A stretch of 64,000 nucleotides of DNA. Source: a virus. Taxonomy: Duplodnaviria; Caudoviricetes. The notes below the pieces were generated by a model. It saw only the letters and a list, made by a program, of their open reading frames with translations, searched no databases and was not told where the DNA came from. The position numbers were made by a program, and so were the translations under genes. The DNA is taken from the IMG/VR virus record IMGVR_UViG_3300020138_000006, positions 1-64,000 of that record, one strand, 5' to 3'. This document shows, one piece after another, positions 55,505-63,785 of the stretch (the stretch's first letter is position 1; each line of letters begins with the position of its first letter).

Positions 55505-57190
55505 TCACGCGGCGTGATGACGCAGGTCAAGCAACTGAGACACCGTGTGGATAACGGCGAAGTCCCCCTCCGGACACGACTTATCCACACCACCCGAGGC
55601 CAGGGCTTCCGCGAGGAGGCTCTGGCCTTCGTGGTTGTAGATGAGGCGCAGTCCGAGGCCGGCGTAGACCTCGGCCTTCCGCTCGGGGGTCGCCGTGCGC
55701 AGCAGGCCAGCCATGCCACCCACCCGCTCGATGAGCTCGGCCACCTGCTCGGCCGAGAGGGCGTCCTGGGGGCACGACGTGTCGGCGATGCGCCGCTTCA
55801 GATCAGCCACCTGCGCCTCACGCTCCGCCAGCGCCTTCGTGATGGCGTCGGAGATGGTGCCGGATTCGATGACGGACACCAGGTTAGAGACCTTGTCCTG
55901 GGCGTCCCGGAGATGCTTGCGCAGGAGGCCGAGCCCTGCTGGTGGCTGTGCAACCTCCTGCGTGGAGGCCAGCCACTCGGGGTCAGCCAGGGTGTTGACG
56001 ATCCAGTCGTCGACGACCTTCTCCAGCCGGTCGGCGCTCACCGAGACGGTCTTTGGGTGCTGAAGGTCAGCGGGAAGGGAGCGACGGCCCCGGGTGTCGC
56101 AGCGGTAGAGGACTCCCCAGGGGCGCTTCTCTGCCTGCATCCGGTGCTCGCACGCGGCGCAGTAAAGCATCCCGCGCATCGGGTAGGTGTTGACGGTGGT
56201 GCGTGGCTTGCGGCTCCCGGGTGCGCCAGGGTGCGCGAGACGGTCTTGCACGGCGGCGATGGTCTGTTCGTCCACGAGGGCTTCGTGCGTGCGCTCAGCG
56301 GGCCGTACCCAGCCTTCCTGGCCCTTCCAGCGCATCCGCGTCTCGTACCCGGCGGCGATGTCGTCGAGGTCCAGGAGTCGCTCGAACTTCTCCTGCTTCC
56401 CCCAGACGCGGGTGCCGGAGTAGGTGGGGTTGGCGAGGATGGCCCGCACGGCGCTGTGCGACCAGCCTCGGGGGTCCCGGTGGGAGTTACGGGCCCGGTC
56501 GTGCTGGGACGGGGATGGGATGCCTTCGGCGGTCAACAGGTCGGCGATCCCACGGAAGCCTGTGCCGGCGATGTAGAGGTCGAAGATGCGCGTCACGACG
56601 GTGGACGTGACTGGGTCCGGCGCGAGCTTGTGTGCGCGCTGCCCGGAGGCGGCCTTGGCTGGGTTCGGGTGGGGCCCGGCGTCGACGAGCATGTACCCGT
56701 AGGGTGGGCGACCGCCGAGGTGCCGATCGGTTGTGGCGGCGAGGGCTTCCATCGAGGCTCGGGTGCGGATGCGGATGCGGGAACGCTCGCCCTTCGCCAT
56801 CCCGCCGAACATCGTCATCATCATCTCGTGCAGGTCGGAGTCGGGTTCGACGAGGCCTCCGACGTCGGGGATGAACAGCGAGACCCCGTGGTGGGTCAGC
56901 AGGGGGAACGTCAGGGAGAACTGGTTGCCGTAGAAGGCACGCTGGGGTTCTCCGACGACGACACCGTCGAACCGACGGTCAGCACGTGCTGCTTCCGCGA
57001 GGAGCTCGGCGGCTTGGGGGCGCCTCTTCCACGGGATGGAACGCGACTGCCCGATGTCGAAGAACTCGACGCTGACGGCATGCCCGAGGGACCGTACGCA
57101 GTCCAGGGCTCGTCGGATCTGCCATTCGCGGGAGGCTTCGGGGTCCTGTGCGTCTTCCGTCGACACGCGGCCGTAGAAGGCGAGGTCCAT
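55505..57190 (-). CDS. Large serine recombinase (integrase)
   Basis: AFYGRVSTEDAQ catalytic Ser, GGRPPYGY, recombinase domain, zinc ribbon YCAAC..YRC, coiled coil. Confidence 0.95.
   Translation of the reverse strand: MDLAFYGRVSTEDAQDPEASREWQIRRALDCVRSLGHAVSVEFFDIGQSRSIPWKRRPQAAELLAEAARADRRFDGVVVGEPQRAFYGNQFSLTFPLLTHHGVSLFIPDVGGLVEPDSDLHEMMMTMFGGMAKGERSRIRIRTRASMEALAATTDRHLGGRPPYGYMLVDAGPHPNPAKAASGQRAHKLAPDPVTSTVVTRIFDLYIAGTGFRGIADLLTAEGIPSPSQHDRARNSHRDPRGWSHSAVRAILANPTYSGTRVWGKQEKFERLLDLDDIAAGYETRMRWKGQEGWVRPAERTHEALVDEQTIAAVQDRLAHPGAPGSRKPRTTVNTYPMRGMLYCAACEHRMQAEKRPWGVLYRCDTRGRRSLPADLQHPKTVSVSADRLEKVVDDWIVNTLADPEWLASTQEVAQPPAGLGLLRKHLRDAQDKVSNLVSVIESGTISDAITKALAEREAQVADLKRRIADTSCPQDALSAEQVAELIERVGGMAGLLRTATPERKAEVYAGLGLRLIYNHEGQSLLAEALASGGVDKSCPEGDFAVIHTVSQLLDLRHHAA
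55545..55590. other. Putative attP inside the integrase 3' end
   Basis: GTGTGGATAA / TTATCCACAC inverted arms around AAGTCCCCCTCCGGACAC, which resembles a tRNA-Leu T-loop and acceptor 3' end. Confidence 0.7.
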
Positions 57191-57342
57191 CAGTCGACCT
57201 CCTGCTGGACAGCCTCCTGCAGGAGCTTCAGCAGCGCGCGGCCTGCCTTGTCGGGTGGCGTGTACGCCACTGGGGGCACGAACCGGACGTCACGAGAGAC
57301 GGCTTCGTTCCATGTCTTGTCGTGCTTGTTCTGCTCCGCCAT
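57190..57342 (-). CDS. Small protein translationally coupled to the integrase
   Basis: Stop overlaps the integrase ATG; RBS GGAGG-like end; AGRALLKLL helix. Confidence 0.55.
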   Translation of the reverse strand: MAEQNKHDKTWNEAVSRDVRFVPPVAYTPPDKAGRALLKLLQEAVQQEVD

Positions 57343-57384
57343 GTCCGCATGGTCGGCGACGCGACGGTGGTCTGTCACGCCGGT

Positions 57385-57410
57385 GAGATCTCCGCTACAG
57401 CGCAAAACGC
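57385..57410. promoter_or_regulatory. Motif variant in the divergent integrase control region
   Basis: GAGATCTCCGCTACAGCGCAAAACGC. Confidence 0.5.
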
Positions 57411-57484
57411 AGGCGCGTGACTTGTGCACCAGGCTCCTTCACCATTCAGACATGACCTGTTTCAGCACGTCGATCGCCTGCAGT

Positions 57485-57586
57485 GTGAAGCGCGCGCTGA
57501 CGGTGGCCGTGATCGGCCTGGTTGCCTATGTCGCTCTTGCGGTCGCCGTGACTGGCACCGTCCTGCAGCTCGCCGAGGAGGACTGA
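57485..57586 (+). CDS. Small membrane protein (about 33 aa)
   Basis: KRALTVAVIGLVAYVALAVAVTGTVLQL single TM helix; start uncertain. Confidence 0.5.
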   Translation: MKRALTVAVIGLVAYVALAVAVTGTVLQLAEED

Positions 57587-57588
57587 CG

Positions 57589-57897
57589 GTGCGCAACATC
57601 CCGCCGCTCTACCACTGGTCGCCGTCGCGGAACCGGACCTCGATCCGACGCGAGGGTCTGCGACCGACGTGCCCGCACATGGGTCGCCTGACCGTCTGTC
57701 TCGGGATTTCCCCGGCGGAGGCGTGGGCCTTGTCCGGCGCTCATCGACCCGAGGAGGGCCCGTGGGACCTGTGGCAGGTTCACGTGGCTGACACGCCCGT
57801 GTTCAAGAGTCCGCACTGGGGGCGTTACGCAGAGCTGCGCATCCCACGGCAGATCGACCCGGTCGGCTTGGTCTACGTCGGGAGCAGGGGACGGTGA
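57589..57897 (+). CDS. ADP-ribosyltransferase-fold (ART/Tpt1-like) small protein
   Basis: LYHWSPSRNRTSIRREGLRP..VCLG..P..AW..L..V..AELRI..I.P. Confidence 0.55.
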   Translation: MRNIPPLYHWSPSRNRTSIRREGLRPTCPHMGRLTVCLGISPAEAWALSGAHRPEEGPWDLWQVHVADTPVFKSPHWGRYAELRIPRQIDPVGLVYVGSRGR

Positions 57898-58208
57898 AGG
57901 CGACCGAGATACCGCCCGCATCCAGGGAGGCCGTGCATCAGCGGGACCAGCGCTGCTGCCGGTTCTGCGGACGGGGCGATCTGCGGCTGGAACTGCACCA
58001 CATCGTGTACCGCTCCCAGGAGCGCAACAACCATGACCCGGGGAACCTGATCTCCCTGTGCTACGGGTGCCACCGCCGAGCTCACACATACCCGAATACG
58101 GTGCGGCCGGCCCTGCAGGCGGTGGTCTTGACGCCCTGGCAGACCGGTGCGGCTTGGCTCCGGCACCAGGGGATCGACCTGGCTTCGCTGTCGGGCGGGA
58201 CGTTGTAG
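57894..58208 (+). CDS. HNH endonuclease
   Basis: RDQRCCRFCG..LELHHI..R..GNLISLCYGCHRRAH. Confidence 0.9.
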   Translation: MKATEIPPASREAVHQRDQRCCRFCGRGDLRLELHHIVYRSQERNNHDPGNLISLCYGCHRRAHTYPNTVRPALQAVVLTPWQTGAAWLRHQGIDLASLSGGTL

Positions 58209-58225
58209 GCCGGGCAGAAACACGA

Positions 58226-58266
58226 AAAGCGCCCCACCGCCGTTCGATCTGGCGGTGGGGCGCTTT
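58226..58266. terminator. Bidirectional intrinsic terminator
   Basis: AAAGCGCCCCACCGCC ... GGCGGTGGGGCGCTTT between convergent genes. Confidence 0.85.
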
Positions 58267-58269
58267 CTG

Positions 58270-58686
58270 CTACTCGAACTCTTCGGGTGTGAGGTGGACG
58301 GGGTGGTCGCGGGGGAGGCTGCACACGTCGCTGCCGCCGTCGCGCATCACCATCGCGCCGCAGAGGTCGCCGTCTGCGGCGCGGGGCGCCTCCCAGGCAT
58401 GGGGCTCCTCGACGTCCGTGCTCTTGGCCTCGCTCTTGACTTCCTTGCGGTAGTCCTGCAGCGGCAGGGTCGGGATCGCTCGAACGGCCAGGATCGCCTT
58501 CTCCAGGTCGTCTCGGTCGCGACGGGCGACGGCAAGGTTCCGCTCGGCGGTTGCCAGCTGGTAGCGGGCCACGATGAGGTCGTTCTCGGCCTTGCTCACG
58601 GCGTCGCGCGCAGGCCGGCGCGCTCCTTCCAGGGACTTCAGCGCGAGGTCCTTGCCGCGCCCTCCGCCGACTGCCTCGATCTTCAC
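58270..58686 (-). CDS. Coiled-coil hypothetical protein
   Basis: Heptad N-terminus; C-terminal C..C..H. Confidence 0.65.
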   Translation of the reverse strand: MKIEAVGGGRGKDLALKSLEGARRPARDAVSKAENDLIVARYQLATAERNLAVARRDRDDLEKAILAVRAIPTLPLQDYRKEVKSEAKSTDVEEPHAWEAPRAADGDLCGAMVMRDGGSDVCSLPRDHPVHLTPEEFE

Positions 58687-58883
58687 TCTGTGACCTCACC
58701 TTCGGTTTCAGGACTGACGTAGTGCTCGAAGAGGAACTCGTCCTCGGCAGTCGACGGCCCGCGACCTGTCCTCGTGACCACCGTCTTCAGCACTCGATAG
58801 GGCATGTTCAGGGGCAGGACGACGGGGTGGCCCCTGTCGCCCTTGATGTGGAACTCGTGGCGCACTCGGGAATCCGGGATCAC
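58683..58883 (-). CDS. Hypothetical protein
   Basis: 4-nt overlaps. Confidence 0.55.
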   Translation of the reverse strand: MIPDSRVRHEFHIKGDRGHPVVLPLNMPYRVLKTVVTRTGRGPSTAEDEFLFEHYVSPETEGEVTE

Positions 58884-58978
58884 TCTGCCACCCCCTCGTG
58901 GGGAGCTGAGGTGTTCTGCACGATCGCCAGTGTTTCGTGGAGGATGCGAAGCTGTGCTTCGGTAAACTCGACCCTCAC
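58880..58978 (-). CDS. Very small hypothetical protein (32 aa)
   Basis: MRVEFTEAQLRILHETL...; fills the gap with GTGA overlaps on both sides. Confidence 0.45.
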   Translation of the reverse strand: MRVEFTEAQLRILHETLAIVQNTSAPHEGVAE

Positions 58979-59220
58979 GGTCTGACCGTGCCTTTCTCGA
59001 CCTGCCATGCCTCAGTCCTCCTCGGTCTCGAACCCATTCGCCGTTGCCCAGAGTTCCCAGACTTCACGCGCGAGGGAGAGCTTGTCGTGCCCGTAGAAAT
59101 CACCCCACGAATGATCCAGCCGTACCCGCTGGGGAACATCTGGCCGATGCAGGCGCCGCTCTCGCGGTCGTACAGATCCCCGTTGAGCTTCAGGACGTAA
59201 GGCTTCTTTCCCCAGCTCAC
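58975..59220 (-). CDS. Hypothetical protein
   Basis: GTG 59220 after GAGGGGGA. Confidence 0.5.
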   Translation of the reverse strand: MSWGKKPYVLKLNGDLYDRESGACIGQMFPSGYGWIIRGVISTGTTSSPSRVKSGNSGQRRMGSRPRRTEAWQVEKGTVRP

Positions 59221-59582
59221 TCCCCCTCTTCTCCTCGGACCGCTGCGAGGACGTCGGGCGCGAGGGCGTAGCGCGCGAGGTGCTTGTCCACCGCGGGCTG
59301 CAGCCACTCGGGCAGAGCGAGACCCCTGCTGGAGATCCCGTAGTTGGTCCAGCGCTTACCCACCTCCTGGGCCCCCAGTGTTCCGTCCTTCTTCAGGTTC
59401 GACCCGCGGATCGAGACATGGGTCACCTGCGCCCCGTCGTCCACGATCACGAGGGTGTCGGGGCGGAAGGTGCGGCGAGCTCCGTAGTCGTCCTGCATCT
59501 CCGGCCCATCTTCGATCGCGTACGTGGCGGAGTTGCTGTAGTCGCTCCGGTGGAATGTCTGGTCGAACGTGGTCATTTCCAT
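59217..59582 (-). CDS. Hypothetical protein
   Basis: Operon-consistent ORF. Confidence 0.65.
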   Translation of the reverse strand: MEMTTFDQTFHRSDYSNSATYAIEDGPEMQDDYGARRTFRPDTLVIVDDGAQVTHVSIRGSNLKKDGTLGAQEVGKRWTNYGISSRGLALPEWLQPAVDKHLARYALAPDVLAAVRGEEGE

Positions 59583-59800
59583 CCCTTCTCTCGGGCGAGG
59601 TTCATCACGGCCTCGACGATCGGGCCGGTATCGATGTCCGGGGCCGCGTTGTCGATCGCCTCGGCGATCTCCTCACGGACCCTCTTGCGCCGCCGCAGCG
59701 CGGCGGTGTGCTTGAAGGTCGGGAACCTCTCCTCGACCAAGTCTTCCGTCCACTCGGTGGACGAAGGGACGATCCCCGCGTTGAACGGCTCGCGGCCCAT
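59573..59800 (-). CDS. Hypothetical protein
   Basis: TGATG junction with ruvB. Confidence 0.6.
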   Translation of the reverse strand: MGREPFNAGIVPSSTEWTEDLVEERFPTFKHTAALRRRKRVREEIAEAIDNAAPDIDTGPIVEAVMNLAREKGWK

Positions 59801-60816
59801 CAGTCGGCCGCCAGTTCCATCGCGCGATCGAGACCCTCAGGGGTGAGCTCCCGGCCCTGAGCGCAGATCCGGATGTACCCCTTCTGCAGGAGCAGCTTCT
59901 CGGTGTGACGCGGGAACGTCGGCTCACCGAGCGCCTGTGCGATCGTCTTCTCGCCGGCACGTCCTGACGGGGAGATCGCCAGGACACTGAGGAACTCCTG
60001 CGCGGTGCGGTCGAGACCGTCGTGCGTCAGCTTCGACCAGGCGAACATCTTGTCCATCGGGTAGCAGTTCGTCACCCAGGAGTCGACCGGCTGCGGGTAG
60101 TCGAGGATCGAGTCCCGCAGGATCCGGACGAGCTGGGTGATGACGCGAGGGTTCTTGTTCGACGCCGAGACGATCGCCTCACGGTTGAACTCGCCAGGCG
60201 GCTGCAGCCCGACCTCGCGGAACAGCCGACGGCCCATGAGGTCGACGATCTTGTCGGCCTCCTCGTCCGTGTACGACTCCAGTACGGGCTTCACCGTGAA
60301 CCTGGACAGCACCGCCTCGGGCAGCTTCTGCGCGTCGGTCGTCGCCCCGATCACCGTGACCTTCGGGACGGAGTGCACACCGGCGGGTGTGACGATGACG
60401 CCGTCCTGGAGGAACGACAGGAGCCACTCGGACTTGGCGCGACCGCCCGAGACCATGAGGTGGATCTCGTCGAGGAAGAGGATGTCGCCGTCCTGCATGG
60501 CGCTGAGGGCGCGCAGTGCGTCGTTGACGTCGACGGCGCCCTGGAGCTCGGCCAGGCCGACGTCCAGGTCCTGTGCGATGAGTCGCACGAGCGCGGACTT
60601 GCCGATGCCGGCCTGGCCGGAGGCGATCAGCGTGTGGTCCATGCGGGTCTTGCGGATCTTCGCGGACCGTGCTGCCGCTCGCAGGAAGGCCTTCGCCTCG
60701 GACTGTCCGACGTAGGCGTCCCAGGTGCGGGGGTAGTCGGTGCCGTCGAAGAGGGCGTCGCCACGCTTGACCGTGGACGCTGCTCGCGCCGCGAGGCGCT
60801 CTCGCATGCTCGCCAT
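59800..60816 (-). CDS. ruvB: Holliday junction branch-migration AAA+ ATPase RuvB-like
   Basis: YVGQ..HTL..GQAGIGKS..GDILFLDEIH..IGATT..SRF..PR..RILRD..GLD..LGE..LLQKGYI..GR. Confidence 0.88.
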   Translation of the reverse strand: MASMRERLAARAASTVKRGDALFDGTDYPRTWDAYVGQSEAKAFLRAAARSAKIRKTRMDHTLIASGQAGIGKSALVRLIAQDLDVGLAELQGAVDVNDALRALSAMQDGDILFLDEIHLMVSGGRAKSEWLLSFLQDGVIVTPAGVHSVPKVTVIGATTDAQKLPEAVLSRFTVKPVLESYTDEEADKIVDLMGRRLFREVGLQPPGEFNREAIVSASNKNPRVITQLVRILRDSILDYPQPVDSWVTNCYPMDKMFAWSKLTHDGLDRTAQEFLSVLAISPSGRAGEKTIAQALGEPTFPRHTEKLLLQKGYIRICAQGRELTPEGLDRAMELAAD

Positions 60817-61271
60817 CAGATCCCCTCCTCGTCGGGGAAGAGGTCCAGGCCGGCCGCCAGCACGACGGAGCTGATGTCCGCCACGTACCCACCATCGATG
60901 AACTCCGCCACGATGTACGTGTTGTTGAGCTTCTCCGCAAGGATGGACGACGGCTCATGTCGCTCCACACTCGCAGTCAGGTGCACCGTGACGGTGTCAG
61001 GGCGCGCTGCCTCCTTCAGGAGGGCGAGCGAGCGGTGGTCATCGGACGAGGTGTCCTCGACCGAACCACGAGGCAGCGTGGACCCGACCTGCAGGTCTGG
61101 GTGCATGGCGGCGAGCACCTCCAGTCGAGCGATGGCCCGGCTGGCGATGCGCAGTTCGGTGTCGAAAGTCGAGATCGGTGTGTCGGGACGGGCCCGCTCC
61201 ATCTGCAGGGTGAGTGCGGCGAGCGCGTTGCGAGCGGCTTCGAGCCGGGCTTCCAGTGTCATGTGGGTCAT
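60816..61271 (-). CDS. Hypothetical protein
   Basis: Operon-consistent ORF. Confidence 0.6.
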   Translation of the reverse strand: MTHMTLEARLEAARNALAALTLQMERARPDTPISTFDTELRIASRAIARLEVLAAMHPDLQVGSTLPRGSVEDTSSDDHRSLALLKEAARPDTVTVHLTASVERHEPSSILAEKLNNTYIVAEFIDGGYVADISSVVLAAGLDLFPDEEGI

Positions 61272-62251
61272 GCTGCTCCCTTCTCCAGGAACTTCTTGGC
61301 CAGTTCGGCCAGCGACTTGTTGAGGACGTCGACGTTCGCACCGGTCATGGTGATCTGGTCACCGAGCAGCGACGAGTAGCGTTCGGCGCGGTCGACGAGC
61401 GCGCGATGCTGGCTGAGCAGCCGGGCGTAGAGCTTGGGTGTCGGGTTGTTGCGGGCCTTGCTGATGGCCTCGATGAGGTCGAGGATGTCGCGGTCGTTCT
61501 CTTCGCGGAACGCGAGCACGAGCCGGTCTCGCTGGTCAGCGAGGTCGACGAGCGGGACCAGGTCGATGTGACAGCCCTCCAGGGTGGAGATCGCACGGGA
61601 GAACCGATGCAGCTCGTCGGCATGAGCGATGGGCACGAAGTGCACGCTGGGCTTGAGCTGCACCGACTCCAGCGCGTTGCGGAGGTGGTCGAGGATCATG
61701 GAACGCACCTTGGCGCCGTCGAGCGCCTCGCGATACCGCGTGTAGTCGTTCTTGATCCGTGCGAGGAACGGCTTCAGCCGCTCTCGTTCGAGTTCGGAAG
61801 AGTCGGGGGCGATCTTCCAGAACGGGCCACGCGCGCTCTCCTCGTCGATGATGCCGTTGCGACGCACCGGCCTGTGCAGCTGGATCTCTCCCAGCCGCTC
61901 CCAGTCGGTCAGGCGGTGACCGCCGTCGTCGCGCTTGTGACGCATGACCTGGCGCGCGATGACCTCAGGGTTGAGCACTGAGACCTCCTCCAGGCGGATG
62001 ACGGCCGTGACTTGTGCGGACAGTGGGAACTGGTACTTCTCGTTGCGACCGCCCGTGGCCTTCTTGAAGGCGTTGACGGCGCCGGTGGTGTCCGGCACCC
62101 GGACGTGCTCCAGGTCGTTCTGTCTGAACGCCTCGATCAGGGCGTCGCGGTCGTGTTCGCCGTCCGCCCCGGTGGACAGCGCGATGTAGCCGAGCAGGGC
62201 GTCCTCTGGGAGCCGGCCCGATGATGTCAGGTACTTGCTCAGCGCGCTCAT
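61268..62251 (-). CDS. Conserved hypothetical protein, DUF3150/DUF6744-like (vWA-AAA associated)
   Basis: LLGYIALS..AFKKAT..SVHFVP..helical C-terminus; lies after a vWA gene; RBS AGGAGG. Confidence 0.5.
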   Translation of the reverse strand: MSALSKYLTSSGRLPEDALLGYIALSTGADGEHDRDALIEAFRQNDLEHVRVPDTTGAVNAFKKATGGRNEKYQFPLSAQVTAVIRLEEVSVLNPEVIARQVMRHKRDDGGHRLTDWERLGEIQLHRPVRRNGIIDEESARGPFWKIAPDSSELERERLKPFLARIKNDYTRYREALDGAKVRSMILDHLRNALESVQLKPSVHFVPIAHADELHRFSRAISTLEGCHIDLVPLVDLADQRDRLVLAFREENDRDILDLIEAISKARNNPTPKLYARLLSQHRALVDRAERYSSLLGDQITMTGANVDVLNKSLAELAKKFLEKGAA

Positions 62252-62274
62252 GCGCCCTCCTTTCTGCAGGCACG

Positions 62275-62311
62275 ACGAAGGCCCCCGGGTTCGTGCTCCG
62301 GGGGCCTTCGT
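62275..62311 (-). terminator. Hairpin between the vWA gene and the downstream gene
   Basis: ACGAAGGCCCCCGG ... CCGGGGGCCTTCGT. Confidence 0.65.
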
Positions 62312-62323
62312 GAGGTGGTGTGG

Positions 62324-63784
62324 CTACGTCTGCCGCATGATGTCGCGGACCTGGGAGACGTCCGTCAGGTCCGCGACCGTCCGAACGTCGTCAGAGAGCT
62401 TCGCGAGCATGTCCGGGCGCCCGCCCCACCCGGAAGTGACGTAGACGCCGTACACGTGCACAGACAAGCGCTTGCGGGTCTCGTTCCACTCGTCGAGGAA
62501 CGAGATGTTGCCGCCGTCGCCGTCGGTGATGAACACGATGTCCGGGCGGGACGTGCTCGACTCCTTGACGATGTCCAGGGCCCGCCGCAGCGGCTTGTTG
62601 AACTGCGTGCCGCCGTTGATGAAGCCCTCGGCCATGTCGAGGACATGGTCACGGACCATGCGCCCGCCCGGGAAGGAGAACTCGCGGAGCTGGTTGTGGT
62701 CGCTGCCGAACCCGATGTAGTGGAAGTCGCGCTTCTGACGACCGGCCTGGTCGAGCAGGGCGAGAGACAGGCCCTTGGCCCACATCTCACCCGCGCCACT
62801 CATCGAGCCGGACTCGTCCGCGACGACCACGATCGGACCCTTGCCCTCCCGCTCCCTGCCGCGCAGCTCCTTGACAAGGAGCCCGCGATCGACGAAGCGA
62901 CGCCAGAAGTCGTCCTCCGTCTCCGGGGTTGCGAGGTTGACCATCTCCTGTGTCGTCAGACGCATGAGGTCGTCCCCGAGCTCGACACCGACCGTCTCAT
63001 CGGCGCCGTCCGTGGAGCGGCGTCGGTACTCGGCTGACGCCAGCGCACGGAAGGCGCCGATGAGAGAGGCGAACTTGCGGAGCTTGTCGCTGGACAGTCG
63101 CTTCGCGAGCGCTGCCCGGTCGGCGAAGTTCATCCGTTGCAGGTCGCCCGCGTCGACCCCGTACGAGCTTGCGGCCTGCTGCTGCTCGTCGAGCTCCTTC
63201 TCGGCGTCGTTGATGGCCCTGCGCAGCCCGCTGCGGCTCGCTGCCGACTGCGCCTGCGCCTGCTCCTGAAGATCCTCCAGGGCCTGTTGGGCCTCCTGGG
63301 CCGCCTGGTCGGCAGCCTCCTGCTCCTCCTCGGAGGTCGCGTTGTCGGCTGCCTCGCGAGCGGCCTCGACGGCCTCCTGAGCCGCCTTGGCCCGTTCGCG
63401 GAGCTCGCCAGCACGCTCCAGGGCATCCCTGAGCGCCGGCTCCAGCGCGAGGAGTCCCGCCGCCGAACCGTAGTTGTCCGAGACGGTGTACTCCCGCAGT
63501 CGCTCCAGCTCCGGCAACGAGGCGATGTCCTCGGCCACCTGTCGGTTCGGCAGGTGGGTCGCCTTCATCTCCTCGGGCGACCGAAGGGATGGCCCCCGCT
63601 TGGCCAGGAGCTGGAAGACGTCGTGCGCGAAGTCCTCCGCGTAGTCGTACTTCGCTTGCAGGCCCTTGACCGTGTCGTTGAGCTTCTCGGACTGTTCACG
63701 GACCTCGTCCCACATCGCCCGGTCGAACCGGTCGGTGGGGACGGCGTCCGTGTGCTCCTGCTCCGGGTCGAAGAACCCCCACAC
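62324..63784 (-). CDS. vWA (ViaA/CoxE-like) domain protein
   Basis: VELGDDLMRL..E, MIDAS DESGSM, GGTQFNKPL, IVFITDG; start moved to GTG 63784 after AAGGAG. Confidence 0.88.
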   Translation of the reverse strand: MWGFFDPEQEHTDAVPTDRFDRAMWDEVREQSEKLNDTVKGLQAKYDYAEDFAHDVFQLLAKRGPSLRSPEEMKATHLPNRQVAEDIASLPELERLREYTVSDNYGSAAGLLALEPALRDALERAGELRERAKAAQEAVEAAREAADNATSEEEQEAADQAAQEAQQALEDLQEQAQAQSAASRSGLRRAINDAEKELDEQQQAASSYGVDAGDLQRMNFADRAALAKRLSSDKLRKFASLIGAFRALASAEYRRRSTDGADETVGVELGDDLMRLTTQEMVNLATPETEDDFWRRFVDRGLLVKELRGREREGKGPIVVVADESGSMSGAGEMWAKGLSLALLDQAGRQKRDFHYIGFGSDHNQLREFSFPGGRMVRDHVLDMAEGFINGGTQFNKPLRRALDIVKESSTSRPDIVFITDGDGGNISFLDEWNETRKRLSVHVYGVYVTSGWGGRPDMLAKLSDDVRTVADLTDVSQVRDIMRQT

Positions 63785-63785
63785 G

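Noticed and set aside
55514-57586. 690-aa plus-strand ORF
   Set aside because: Antisense shadow of the integrase in GC-rich DNA; only its last ~33 codons look like a real small membrane gene
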